A DNA stretch of 64,000 nt, from assembly GCF_040400975.1 (NCBI RefSeq), contig NZ_JBBAPF010000012.1, positions 27,893 through 91,892 of the forward strand. The letters run 5' to 3'. Below the pieces are notes generated by a model that did no database searches, was not told where the DNA came from, and worked only from the letters and a program-made list of their open reading frames with translations. Of this stretch, positions 30,960 through 40,656 are shown in pieces (position 1 is the stretch's first letter; the number at the start of each line of letters is the position of its first letter). The stretch is from Limnohabitans sp. (GTDB lineage: Bacteria; Pseudomonadota; Gammaproteobacteria; Burkholderiales; Burkholderiaceae_C). The position numbers were made by a program, and so were the translations under genes.

Positions 30960-31930
30960 CAGGCCACCAGCCGTTGACCGGGCTGCAAGGGGCAGCCGCG
31001 CAAAAAGTCGGCTGCCGTCAAGCGTTTGCCACCAGGGCGCTGCAATTGCGTCAGGCACAGCAGGCCCTCACCACAGGCCACGCGCACGCCCGTCGCATCG
31101 GCGCTGATCACGGTGCCCGGCGCGGTGGCTTGAGCATCGTGTGCCGCAGGTTCGACCGCCGCTTGCCAGATCTTCAAGCTTTCCACACCCGTGGCGGTGG
31201 CCAGCGGCGCGGTCATGCCCGGAAAGGGGTCAAAGGCCCGAATACGCCGCGCCAGCACTTCCGCGCTCAAGGCCCAGTCCAGTGCGGCCTCGGCTTTGTC
31301 GATCTTGTGCGCGTAGGTCACGCCTTCGGCGGGCTGGGGCTGGTGCGGCAAGGCATCGAGTTTGGCCAGCGCCTGCACGATGGCCTGTCCGCCCAGCTCG
31401 GCCAAGCGGTCGTGCAGAACGGCGGTGGTGTCACTGGGCGCAATGGCGCAGGGCAAGACCAGCAACATGTCGCCGGTGTCCAAGCCTGCGTCCATCTGCA
31501 TGATGGTGATGCCGGTTTGCGCATCGCCCGCCTCGATGGCGCGGTGGATCGGCGCTGCCCCGCGCCAGCGTGGCAACAAAGAAGCGTGGATGTTGAGGCA
31601 CCCTTTGGGCGGCAAGTCCAGCACCCATTGCGGCAGGATCAGGCCGTAAGCGGCCACGATCATGGCGTCGGCATTTGCGTCCATGAGGGTCTGGCGGGCA
31701 GCGGCTGCGTCTTCGGGGTATTTGCCGTCGAGTCGCAAACTGCGCGGCTGGGCCACTGGGACCGCATGGTCCAAAGCCCACTGCTTGACGGGCGACGCCT
31801 GGAGTTTCATGCCACGACCAGCAGGGCGGTCGGGTTGGGTCAGGACCAACACCACGTCATGGCCAGCGGCGTGCAGGGCCGCCAGGGCCACCTGGGCAAA
31901 TTCGGGCGTGCCCGCAAAAATCAGACGCAT
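30959..31930 (-). CDS. fmt: methionyl-tRNA formyltransferase
   Basis: [12 protein letters not shown] ... [17 protein letters not shown]. Confidence 0.92.
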   Translation of the reverse strand: MRLIFAGTPEFAQVALAALHAAGHDVVLVLTQPDRPAGRGMKLQASPVKQWALDHAVPVAQPRSLRLDGKYPEDAAAARQTLMDANADAMIVAAYGLILPQWVLDLPPKGCLNIHASLLPRWRGAAPIHRAIEAGDAQTGITIMQMDAGLDTGDMLLVLPCAIAPSDTTAVLHDRLAELGGQAIVQALAKLDALPHQPQPAEGVTYAHKIDKAEAALDWALSAEVLARRIRAFDPFPGMTAPLATATGVESLKIWQAAVEPAAHDAQATAPGTVISADATGVRVACGEGLLCLTQLQRPGGKRLTAADFLRGCPLQPGQRLVA

Positions 31931-31951
31931 GGGGGAGATTTCAAAAGCGCT

Positions 31952-32458
31952 TCAGCGCTCAGCTTTTTGGGCTTTGACCAGTTTGGTCTTGATGCGGCCT
32001 TGTTTGAGAGGGGACAGGTATTCGACAAATACCTTGCCCATCAGGTGGTCCATCTCATGCTGGATGCAAATGGCCAACATGCCCTCGGCCTCGATGCTGC
32101 GACTTTGGCCATCGCGGTCCAACGCAGTGACCTTCACTTTGGTCGCGCGCTCCACACCGTCGTAGATGCCGGGCACCGACAAACAACCCTCTTCGCCCTT
32201 GACCCGCTCATCGCCCATCCAGTTGATTTCGGGGTTGATCAGCACCATGGGCTGGTTGCGCTCTTCTGAGGTGTCGATCACCACCAAGCGCTCGTGCACA
32301 TCGATTTGCGTGGCCGCCAGGCCAATGCCACCGGCCTCGTACATGGTTTCGACCATGTCATCGATCAGGGCGTGGATGCGGGCGTCCACCGCTTGCACAG
32401 GCTTGGCCACTTTGTGCAGGCGAGGGTCGGGGTAGCAAAGGATGGGAAGCAGGGCCAT
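31952..32458 (-). CDS. def: peptide deformylase
   Basis: [13 protein letters not shown] and QHEMDHL motifs. Start set at [16 protein letters not shown]. An ATG five codons upstream at 32473 is possible. Confidence 0.9.
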   Translation of the reverse strand: MALLPILCYPDPRLHKVAKPVQAVDARIHALIDDMVETMYEAGGIGLAATQIDVHERLVVIDTSEERNQPMVLINPEINWMGDERVKGEEGCLSVPGIYDGVERATKVKVTALDRDGQSRSIEAEGMLAICIQHEMDHLMGKVFVEYLSPLKQGRIKTKLVKAQKAER

Positions 32459-32469
32459 GGTTCTCAAAC

Positions 32470-33243
32470 TCAAATGGAATGCGGGTATTTTCTGTCATTT
32501 CGGCCCGAAGCTTGCGCGGCTTGGCCCGAGAGACCGTATTGCACAAAACGGATCATGAACCGTGCCAAGGCCAAGCCATCGTGGGGCTCAGCCAAACTGC
32601 CCATGCTTTGCTCGTAAAGCGGCTCCCCCATCAAGGCCCTGCGCTTGCTCAACAAAAAGGCCGACACCTCGGGCGTGAACTCCGGATGGGGCTGAATGCA
32701 AAACACCTGGTCACCCAGCGCATAGGCTGCCACCGGACAATCGGGCTGTGTCGCCAACAAGGACGCGCCATGCGGCAAAGCCAACACCTGGTCCTGGTGG
32801 CTGGCCAGCAAGGCCATGCGGACGGCCTGGCCTGGCGCCAGCCCCAAGTGCTCGGACTGACCCAGCCAGTCATAGGCCTGCCGTCCGACCCGCCACCCTC
32901 GGGGTGCCCGCTGCACGGGCGCACCCAAACAATGCGCGATCAACTGGTGGCCAAAGCAAACCCCCAGCAACTTGTGTTGGTCCTGCAGCAAACGCGTGAC
33001 GCACTCACGCAAGGCCACCACCCACGGCTCATCCGAAAAAGAATCGGCCCGGCTGCCGGTCAAGAGCACCGCGTCGTAGCCCTCAAAAGTGGCCGGGTAT
33101 TCCCCGTGCCGGGCACTGAAGGTGTCGATCCGCCCCTCGTAACCCACCTGTGCAAAAAGCCGCTCAAACATCGTCGCCACCCGCGTGTATTGCGGCACCA
33201 AGGGGGGATCCAAGTCGTCGTTTTCGAGGATGCACAGGTGCAT
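32470..33243 (-). CDS. class I glutamine amidotransferase-like protein
   Basis: [12 protein letters not shown] nucleophile elbow and a downstream HPE motif. Start MHLCILEND (33243). The alternative ATG at 33276 adds 11 aa. Confidence 0.7.
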   Translation of the reverse strand: MHLCILENDDLDPPLVPQYTRVATMFERLFAQVGYEGRIDTFSARHGEYPATFEGYDAVLLTGSRADSFSDEPWVVALRECVTRLLQDQHKLLGVCFGHQLIAHCLGAPVQRAPRGWRVGRQAYDWLGQSEHLGLAPGQAVRMALLASHQDQVLALPHGASLLATQPDCPVAAYALGDQVFCIQPHPEFTPEVSAFLLSKRRALMGEPLYEQSMGSLAEPHDGLALARFMIRFVQYGLSGQAAQASGRNDRKYPHSI

Positions 33244-33371
33244 GTGCGCGGTTGGCTCTTGAATGAAGAACGTCATGGGGTGATTTTATGGACTTGGCGT
33301 CTTCTTGGCTTTCAACCACAATGCCAAGCAACAAGCCATCGACAGCCATCAAGGCTGCACAGGGAGACCGC

Positions 33372-34541
33372 ATGACACACACACCCCACGAATTGGGCGC
33401 TTGGTTGCGCCTGAGCCTCACACCCGGCGTTGGCCCCGAAAGCGCCCGGCGACTGCTCGCGGCCTTTGGCGAGCCCCAAGCCATTTTTGCGCAAACCGAA
33501 ACCGCCTTGAGCCAAGTGGTCAGTGCCAACCAAGCACGCGCGCTGGGCTCTGAGCCCGATGGCTGCGCCGCCCTCACGCAAGAGACCTTGGACTGGCTGC
33601 AAGCCCATGCCCCGATGGGTTGCTGCGTGCTCACCCTCGGGGACAGTGATTACCCAGCCCCCTTGCTGGACATTCCCGACCCACCGCTGATGCTCTACGC
33701 CATGGGGCAAACAGCGCACTTGGCGACACAGCAAGCCGAACAAGCCTTGGCCATCGTGGGCAGCCGCAACCCCACACCCCAAGGCGCAGACAATGCGCGT
33801 GAATTTGCCCGCAGTCTGGCGGCCAATGGGCTCACGATCGTCTCAGGCCTGGCCCTGGGTGTGGACGGTGCGGCGCATGAAGGCGCCTTGCTGGGCCACG
33901 CCGGAAAAGGCCTGGCCACCATCGCCATCGTGGGCACCGGACTGGACCGGGTGTATCCACGCCAGCACCGCGACTTGGCGCACCGAATCACCCAAAACGG
34001 TTTGATCCTGAGCGAGTACCCGCTGGGCACACCGCCCTTGGCCCCCAACTTCCCGCGCCGCAACCGCCTGATCTCAGGCCTGTCGCAGGCCACGCTGGTG
34101 GTCGAAGCCGCCTTGCAATCGGGCTCCCTCATCACCGCCAAGCAAGCCCTTGAACAAGGCCGTGATGTGATGGCCATTCCCGGCTCGATCCACGCCACCC
34201 AATCCAAGGGCTGTCACGCGCTCATCAAACAGGGGGCCAAACTGGTGGAGTCGGCGCAGGATGTGCTCGAAGAACTGCGCATGCCTTCCGCGATGACGCA
34301 ACAGGCGCTGGACCTGTCGACCGACACGAATGCAGACAGCAAGCCGCCAACAGGCCAAGAGGACGATCCAGAGCGGGCCTTGCTGCGCGCCCTGGGGCAC
34401 GACCCTGTGGGCTTGGACGCCCTGCAAGCGCGCTGCGGTTGGCCCACAGCACAACTCCAGGCCCAACTGCTGGAGCTGGAGCTGATGGGGCAAGTGAGTC
34501 GTTTGCCGGGCGGGCTGTTCCAGCGCATCGGTTCAGCTTAG
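33372..34541 (+). CDS. dprA: DNA-processing protein DprA (Smf)
   Basis: VSGLALGVDGAAHEGAL ... FPRRNRLISGLS ... VVEAALQSGSLITA. C-terminal winged-helix extension. Confidence 0.88.
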   Translation: MTHTPHELGAWLRLSLTPGVGPESARRLLAAFGEPQAIFAQTETALSQVVSANQARALGSEPDGCAALTQETLDWLQAHAPMGCCVLTLGDSDYPAPLLDIPDPPLMLYAMGQTAHLATQQAEQALAIVGSRNPTPQGADNAREFARSLAANGLTIVSGLALGVDGAAHEGALLGHAGKGLATIAIVGTGLDRVYPRQHRDLAHRITQNGLILSEYPLGTPPLAPNFPRRNRLISGLSQATLVVEAALQSGSLITAKQALEQGRDVMAIPGSIHATQSKGCHALIKQGAKLVESAQDVLEELRMPSAMTQQALDLSTDTNADSKPPTGQEDDPERALLRALGHDPVGLDALQARCGWPTAQLQAQLLELELMGQVSRLPGGLFQRIGSA

Positions 34542-34582
34542 GCCAACGCCAAAGCGGTGGCCTACAACCAAGTGTCAACCTC

Positions 34583-34610
34583 AAAGCAAAGGGCACCCGA
34601 AGGTGCCCTT
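34583..34610 (-). terminator. candidate terminator hairpin after secF
   Basis: Stem gggcacc / ggtgccc with a cgaa tetraloop. Only a weak T-tract (tttgctttg) follows on the minus strand. Confidence 0.45.
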
Positions 34611-34636
34611 GTGCAACAACCAAGCCTGGTGATCTG

Positions 34637-35587
34637 TCAGACCACGGCGCCCGAATTTTCGTCGTTCGGGTCGTGGTCTTTCTTGACCGGCTTGACCATG
34701 TCTTCGCGGCTGATGCCCAGCCACATGGCCACGGCAGCACCCACAAACACCGACGAGTAAATGCCAAAGCAAATGCCAATCGTCAGCGCCAAGGCAAAGT
34801 AGTACAGCGTCTCACCCCCAAACAGCAGCATGGACAGCACCATGATCTGCGTCGAGCCGTGGGTGATGATGGTGCGGCTGATGGTCGAGGTGATTGCGTT
34901 GTCGATGATCTCTACCGTGTTCATCTTGCGGTAACGGCGGAAATTCTCGCGAATCCGGTCAAAGATCACCACCGACTCGTTCACCGAATAACCCAGCACC
35001 GCCAACACCGCGGCCAACACCGCCAGCGAAAACTCCCACTGGAAGAACGCAAAAAAACCCAAGATGATGATCACATCGTGCAAGTTGGCAATGATGGCCG
35101 AGACGGCAAACTTCCACTCGAAACGGATGGCCAAATAAATCATGATGCCGCCCACCACAAAGGCCAGCGCCATCAGCCCGTCCTTGACCAGCTCATCCCC
35201 CACCTGCGGGCCCACAAACTCGGTGCGGCGCAGGGTCACATCGGGGTTGGCCGCTTTCAGGGCGTTGAGCACGGTCTCGCTTTGCTGGGCGGTGGTCACG
35301 CCTTTTTGCACCGGCAGGCGGATCAGCACTTCACGCGCCGAGCCAAAGTTCTGCACCTGCACCTCGGCATAACCCAAGCCTGAAATCACGCCGCGCACTT
35401 TGGGCAAATCAGCCGGTTGGCTGTAACTCACTTCCATCAGGGTGCCGCCGGTGAATTCCACCGACAAATGCAAGCCCCTGCTGAACAAAAAGAACACGGC
35501 CAAGAAGAACGTGATGAATGACACCGCGTTCAGCACCAAGGCATGGCGCATGAAGGGGATATCTTTTCTGATTTTGAACAATTCCAT
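34637..35587 (-). CDS. secF: protein translocase subunit SecF
   Basis: 316 aa, six TM segments, conserved SecF motifs. Follows secD. Confidence 0.92.
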   Translation of the reverse strand: MELFKIRKDIPFMRHALVLNAVSFITFFLAVFFLFSRGLHLSVEFTGGTLMEVSYSQPADLPKVRGVISGLGYAEVQVQNFGSAREVLIRLPVQKGVTTAQQSETVLNALKAANPDVTLRRTEFVGPQVGDELVKDGLMALAFVVGGIMIYLAIRFEWKFAVSAIIANLHDVIIILGFFAFFQWEFSLAVLAAVLAVLGYSVNESVVIFDRIRENFRRYRKMNTVEIIDNAITSTISRTIITHGSTQIMVLSMLLFGGETLYYFALALTIGICFGIYSSVFVGAAVAMWLGISREDMVKPVKKDHDPNDENSGAVV

Positions 35588-35599
35588 GGTCTTTTCCCC

Positions 35600-37477
35600 T
35601 TAGTCGGCTTTCACCGCAGTGCCAGCCTCTGGGCGCCAAACGGTACCAATGGACACCGATTTGAGTTTCTTCTTGCCGCCATACCAAAGATTGACCAAGC
35701 CGCGCGAAAAGAGAACCGCTGAAAACATGCTCGTCAAAATGCCGATGCAATGCACCACGGCAAAACCACGCACCGGACCAGAACCAAAGGCCAGCAAGGC
35801 CACGCCCGCGATCAAGGTGGTGATGTTGGAGTCCAAAATCGTGGACCAGGCGCGGTCATAGCCCGCGTGGATGGCCGCTTGCGGGCTGGCGCCGTTGCGC
35901 AGCTCTTCGCGCACACGCTCATTGATCAGCACGTTCGAGTCAATCGCCATGCCCAAAGCCAGTGCCATGGCGGCCATGCCGGGCAAAGTGAGCGTGGCTT
36001 GCAGCAAGGACAGCACGGCCACCAACAACAGCAAGTTGACCCCCAGTGCGATGCCGGAGAACACGCCGAACATGGCGTAATAAATCGCCATGAAAGCCAC
36101 GATCACCACAAAGCCCCAGGTCACGCTGTTGAAGCCCTTGGCGATGTTCTCTGCACCCAGGCTCGGGCCAATGGTGCGCTCTTCGATGATCTCCATCGGC
36201 GCTGCCAGCGAGCCTGCACGCAACAGCAGCGCGGTGTCGTTGGCTTCGGCCGTGGTCATGCGGCCCGAAATCTGCACCCGACCGCCACCGATTTCGGCAC
36301 GGATCACGGGGGCAGTGACCACTTCGCCCTTGCCCTTTTCGAACAAGATGATGGCCATGCGCTTGCCCACGTTGTCACGCGTCACATCCTTGAAGATGCG
36401 GGCGCCCTTACCGTCCAAGGTCAGATTGACCACGGGCTCTTGCGTCTGACTGTCAAATCCAGGCTGGGCATCGGTCAGGTTGTCACCCGTGAGCACCACT
36501 TGCTTTTTGACAATCAAAGGGCGGCCATCGCGCTCCAGATAGCGCTCAGCACCAAAAGGCACCATGCCGCCTTGTTCGGCAGCACGGGCTTCGGTGCTTT
36601 CGTCCACCATGCGCACCTCTAGGGTGGCGGTACGGCCCAAAATGTCTTTGGCCTTGGCCGTGTCTTGCACGCCGGGCAGCTGCACCACAATGCGGTCCAG
36701 GCCTTGCTGCTGAATCACCGGCTCGGCCACACCCAACTCGTTGATGCGGTTGTGCAAGGTGGTGATGTTTTGCTTGAGGGCCTGCGCCTGCACCAAGCGA
36801 GCCGCCTCGGGTTTGATGGTGGCCGTCAAACGGAACTCATTGCCATCGGCCACTGAATTGATTTGCAAGTCTGCAAACTGAGCGGCGATCAGGTCTTGGG
36901 CTGCCTGCAACTGCTTGGCGTCGCGCAAACGCATCTCGATGGTTTGGCCGCTTCGGCTCATGCCGCCATGGCGCAAGTCTTTCTCACGGAAGGTGGTGCG
37001 CAAGTCACCCACCAAGGCTTCGACACGCTGGGTCAAAGCCGCCTGCATGTCCACTTGCAGCATGAAGTGCACGCCACCACGCAAGTCCAGGCCCAAATAC
37101 ATGGGCGCCGCACCCAGCGAAGTCAACCAAGCCGGGGACCTTGTCACCAGGTTCAAAGCCACCACAAAAGAAGGGTTGCTCGCGTCTGGAATCAAGGCCT
37201 TTTCAATCGCGTCTTTGGCCTTGATCTGGTTGTCGGTGGTGTCAAAGCGGGCGCGGATCGAGGCACCATCCAGCGCCAAGGTCTGCGGGCTCAGGCCTGC
37301 CGTCTTGAGGGCCTCTTCGACGCGCTGCAAAGTGGTGTTGTCCACCTTGACCGTGGCCTTGCCCGAAGACACCTGCACCGCAGGGGCCTCACCAAAAAAG
37401 TTGGGCAGCGTGTACACCGTCCCCAACAACAAGGCAATCACAAGGATCGCGTACTTCCAGATCGGGTAACGGTTCAT
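35600..37477 (-). CDS. secD: protein translocase subunit SecD
   Basis: 625 aa. N-terminal TM helix, large periplasmic domain, C-terminal SecD/F TM bundle. Confidence 0.92.
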   Translation of the reverse strand: MNRYPIWKYAILVIALLLGTVYTLPNFFGEAPAVQVSSGKATVKVDNTTLQRVEEALKTAGLSPQTLALDGASIRARFDTTDNQIKAKDAIEKALIPDASNPSFVVALNLVTRSPAWLTSLGAAPMYLGLDLRGGVHFMLQVDMQAALTQRVEALVGDLRTTFREKDLRHGGMSRSGQTIEMRLRDAKQLQAAQDLIAAQFADLQINSVADGNEFRLTATIKPEAARLVQAQALKQNITTLHNRINELGVAEPVIQQQGLDRIVVQLPGVQDTAKAKDILGRTATLEVRMVDESTEARAAEQGGMVPFGAERYLERDGRPLIVKKQVVLTGDNLTDAQPGFDSQTQEPVVNLTLDGKGARIFKDVTRDNVGKRMAIILFEKGKGEVVTAPVIRAEIGGGRVQISGRMTTAEANDTALLLRAGSLAAPMEIIEERTIGPSLGAENIAKGFNSVTWGFVVIVAFMAIYYAMFGVFSGIALGVNLLLLVAVLSLLQATLTLPGMAAMALALGMAIDSNVLINERVREELRNGASPQAAIHAGYDRAWSTILDSNITTLIAGVALLAFGSGPVRGFAVVHCIGILTSMFSAVLFSRGLVNLWYGGKKKLKSVSIGTVWRPEAGTAVKAD

Positions 37478-37517
37478 GGTGACTCGCGTGCAGGCAGGGT
37501 ATCAGTGGGAAGGCAGA

Positions 37518-37850
37518 TTACTTGATCGTGCCTTTGGGCAGCACTTGAATCACGGCGCTGCGCTGCATTTGCACTTCAACGCCAGTGGCCATCTCGATGC
37601 CGATGTAGGCATCACCGATCTTGCTGACTTTGCCCAGCAAACCACCCGCAGTCACCACCTCATCGCCCTTGGCCAAGGCATCGATCATGGCGCGGTGTTC
37701 TTTTTGCTTCTTCATCTGGGGGCGGATCATGACGAAGTAAAGGACCACAAACATCAGCAACAAAGGCAGCATGCTCATCAAAGTGGACTGAAAGTCACCA
37801 CCCGAGGCGGCGGCAGGAGCAGTTTGGGCAAAAGCTGAAGAGATGAACAT
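37518..37850 (-). CDS. yajC: preprotein translocase subunit YajC
   Basis: 110 aa starting MFISSAFAQ. MIRPQMKKQKEH motif. ORF-track N-terminal extension discarded. Confidence 0.88.
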   Translation of the reverse strand: MFISSAFAQTAPAAASGGDFQSTLMSMLPLLLMFVVLYFVMIRPQMKKQKEHRAMIDALAKGDEVVTAGGLLGKVSKIGDAYIGIEMATGVEVQMQRSAVIQVLPKGTIK

Positions 37851-38029
37851 GGGGTCTCCAAAAATCAAATTCGGTTTGAAACAGTTGTCGCCAGCGTCTG
37901 CCGCAGGCGAAGCCGCCATTGTATGCGGCGCTATGATCACCTCTAAAAGCCCGGCCCACACAGGGCCAGCCCTTCAAAGACCGCTGAAGCCAGCCCATGA
38001 GTGCGGCTCAAATCAGCCAGGAGACACGC

Positions 38030-38695
38030 ATGCAACCCGCTCACGGACATTCGCCCGAGCCCCAGCCAGGCCACCCCCACGGTCACTCACATGACCACGC
38101 GCACAGCACCTTGGGCGAAATGGACCTGCGGGTGCGGGCCCTGGAGACCCTGCTGACGCAAAAAGGCTACTTGGACCCGGCCGCCGTGGACCGCATCATC
38201 GAAACCTACGAGGTGCATGTGGGTCCGCACAACGGCGCCAAAGTGGTGGCCCGCGCTTGGGCTGACCCCAGTTTTAGAGACTGGCTGCTCCAAGACGCCA
38301 CCGCCGCCATCGCCTCGATGGACTACACCGGCCGCCAAGGCGAGCACATGGTGGCCGTGCCCAACACCCCCGAAACGCACAACATGGTGGTCTGCACCCT
38401 GTGCAGCTGCTACCCCTGGCCCGTGTTGGGCCTGCCCCCAGTTTGGTACAAAAGCGCCGCTTACCGTTCGCGCGCCGTGATCGAGCCGCGTGCCGTTCTG
38501 GCCGACTTTGGCGTCACCCTGCCGCCGGGCCAAAACATCCGTGTCTGGGACTCCACCGCCGAAGTGCGCTACTTGGTGCTGCCGGAGCGCCCCGCAGGCA
38601 CCGAGGGCTGGAGCGAAGAACAACTGGCCCAACTGGTGACCCGCGACGCCATGATCGGCACCGGCCTGGCCTTAAACCCAAAGGAACTGGCATGA
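38030..38695 (+). CDS. nthA: nitrile hydratase alpha subunit, cobalt type
   Basis: Metal-binding claw [17 protein letters not shown] (Thr variant, so Co-type). Start placed at the ATG at 38030, preceded by AGGAGA. His-rich N-terminal tract. Confidence 0.85.
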   Translation: MQPAHGHSPEPQPGHPHGHSHDHAHSTLGEMDLRVRALETLLTQKGYLDPAAVDRIIETYEVHVGPHNGAKVVARAWADPSFRDWLLQDATAAIASMDYTGRQGEHMVAVPNTPETHNMVVCTLCSCYPWPVLGLPPVWYKSAAYRSRAVIEPRAVLADFGVTLPPGQNIRVWDSTAEVRYLVLPERPAGTEGWSEEQLAQLVTRDAMIGTGLALNPKELA

Positions 38696-39369
38696 ACGGC
38701 CTGCACGACATGGGCGGCCTGCAAGGCTTCGGCCCGGTTCAGATTGAGGCCAACGAGCCGCTGTTCCATGGGGAGTGGGAGCGCAGAGCCTTGGGCGTGA
38801 CGGTGGCCATGGGCGCCAGCGGCCTGTGGAACATCGACCTGGCCCGCTCGGCCCGCGAATCTTTGCCCCCGCTGGACTATGTGCAAGGTCCTTACTACGC
38901 CATCTGGATCAAGGCGCTGCAAAAGTTGTTGGTCGAGCGCGGCCTGATCACTGAACAAGAACTGACCCAGGGCCAACCGATCACGCCGACTTTGGCGGGC
39001 GTGCGGGTGCTCCAAGCCGCCGAGGTCGATGCGGCACTGGCCAAAGGCAGCCCGGCAGACCGTCCCAGCACCCAAGCCCCCCGCTTTGCCGTGGGCCAGC
39101 GCGTGCGCGCCCTGAACCTCAACCCCCAAGGCCACACCCGGCTGCCGCGGTATGTGCGTGGCCATGTGGGCACGGTGGTGCTGCACCACGGCAGCCACGT
39201 CTTGCCCGATCAGCATGTGAACCAGATGCTGCCGCCTTTTGACGGAACAGCCGAGCACCTCTACACCGTGGTGTTTGACGGCACCGAACTGTGGGGTCAG
39301 CAAGCCGAGGCCGGGCACCAAGTGAGCGTGGACGCCTGGGAGTCTTATCTGGAAGCAGTCCCCTCGTGA
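38692..39369 (+). CDS. nthB: nitrile hydratase beta subunit
   Basis: [16 protein letters not shown]...[13 protein letters not shown]-terminus typical of NHase beta. ATGA overlap with nthA. Confidence 0.85.
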   Translation: MNGLHDMGGLQGFGPVQIEANEPLFHGEWERRALGVTVAMGASGLWNIDLARSARESLPPLDYVQGPYYAIWIKALQKLLVERGLITEQELTQGQPITPTLAGVRVLQAAEVDAALAKGSPADRPSTQAPRFAVGQRVRALNLNPQGHTRLPRYVRGHVGTVVLHHGSHVLPDQHVNQMLPPFDGTAEHLYTVVFDGTELWGQQAEAGHQVSVDAWESYLEAVPS

Positions 39370-39380
39370 TCGCCGCCCCC

Positions 39381-39767
39381 ATGAACAACGCCATCCAAGA
39401 CCTGAACGACCTGGCCCGGGCTTGCGGCGACGGCTTTCCCATGCCCGCCACCGCCAACAACGGCGCGGTGTTTGAAGAACCCTGGCAGGCCCACGCCTTT
39501 GCCATGACCTTGCAGTTGCACGAAAAAGGCGTCTTCACTTGGCCGCAGTGGGCCGATGCCCTGACCCGCGAGATCCGCGCGGGCCAAACCCGCGGCGAAG
39601 CCAGCGACGGCAGCCTCTACTACACCCACTGGCTCAACGCGCTGGAGCAACTGGTCATCGAGCGCCAACTGGGCACGCCCGATGAAATCCATGATTTGGA
39701 ACACGCCTGGGAAGCGGCAGCCAAGCGCACGCCGCATGGCCAGCCCATCGTTCTGAACGCCGAATAA
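39381..39767 (+). CDS. nitrile hydratase accessory (activator) protein
   Basis: FEEPWQAHAFAMTLQLHEKGVFTWPQWADAL pattern of beta-homologous NHase accessory proteins. A GTG at 39366 overlapping the nthB stop is an alternative start. Confidence 0.7.
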   Translation: MNNAIQDLNDLARACGDGFPMPATANNGAVFEEPWQAHAFAMTLQLHEKGVFTWPQWADALTREIRAGQTRGEASDGSLYYTHWLNALEQLVIERQLGTPDEIHDLEHAWEAAAKRTPHGQPIVLNAE

Positions 39768-39778
39768 AGAGGCCTTGT

Positions 39779-40633
39779 TTGAATCTTCGTTTGTGGGCCA
39801 TGCTGGCCTTGATGGGCAGTTTGTTGTCCTTGGCATTTGGCACTTCGTTTGCCAAGAGCTTGTTCCCGGCCTTGGGCGCTGAGGGCACCACCGCCTACCG
39901 CATCGTGTTTGCCACGTTGATCCTGATGGCGGTGTTCCGACCTTGGCGCAGAAAATGGGTCTGGGCCGATGCCTTGCCACTGGGCCTTTATGGCGTCACG
40001 CTGGGTGTGATGAACCTGCTGTTTTACAGCGCGATCAAGACCATTCCCTTTGGCGTGGCCATTGCCATCGAATTCACCGGGCCCTTGGCCGTGGCGGTCT
40101 GGACCTCCAAAAAAGCCAGCGACTGGCTCTGGGTGGCGCTGGCCATCGCGGGCCTGGCCTTGCTGCTGCCCCTGCCCGGGGGCGATGCAGCCACAGCGCT
40201 CGACCCCATGGGCATGTTTTTCGCCTTCACGGCGGGCATTTGCTGGGCGCTTTACATCGTGTTTGGCCAACGCGTGGCACTGCGCTATGGCAGCATGGCG
40301 ACCCCCATGGGCATGCTGGCCGCCGCCATCGTGGTGGCCCCCATCGGTGTTTTCCATGCGGGCACAGCCATGCTGGACCCGCAATGGCTGGTGGCAGGCT
40401 TGGCCGTGGCCTTGCTGTCCAGCGCCATTCCTTATGCGCTGGAAATGTTCTCGCTCAACCACCTGCCCAAAAACACCTTCAGCATCCTGCTCAGCCTGGA
40501 GCCCGCTGTCGGGGCGCTGGCGGGCTGGCTGGTGTTGGCCGAACACCTGAGCCTGTCTCAAGGGCTGGCCATTGCACTCGTCATGGCGGCCTCGATGGGC
40601 ACGGCTTGGTCAGCAGGACGCACCAAGCCCTGA
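39779..40633 (+). CDS. EamA/DMT transporter, RhtA-like (threonine/homoserine exporter family)
   Basis: GTSFAKSLFPALGAEGTTAYRIVFATLILMAVFRPWR resembles the RhtA N-terminus. 10 TM segments. TTG start at 39779, alternative ATG at 39800. Confidence 0.7.
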   Translation: MNLRLWAMLALMGSLLSLAFGTSFAKSLFPALGAEGTTAYRIVFATLILMAVFRPWRRKWVWADALPLGLYGVTLGVMNLLFYSAIKTIPFGVAIAIEFTGPLAVAVWTSKKASDWLWVALAIAGLALLLPLPGGDAATALDPMGMFFAFTAGICWALYIVFGQRVALRYGSMATPMGMLAAAIVVAPIGVFHAGTAMLDPQWLVAGLAVALLSSAIPYALEMFSLNHLPKNTFSILLSLEPAVGALAGWLVLAEHLSLSQGLAIALVMAASMGTAWSAGRTKP

Positions 40634-40656
40634 TCACCCAAGGCTTGACCGAGGCC

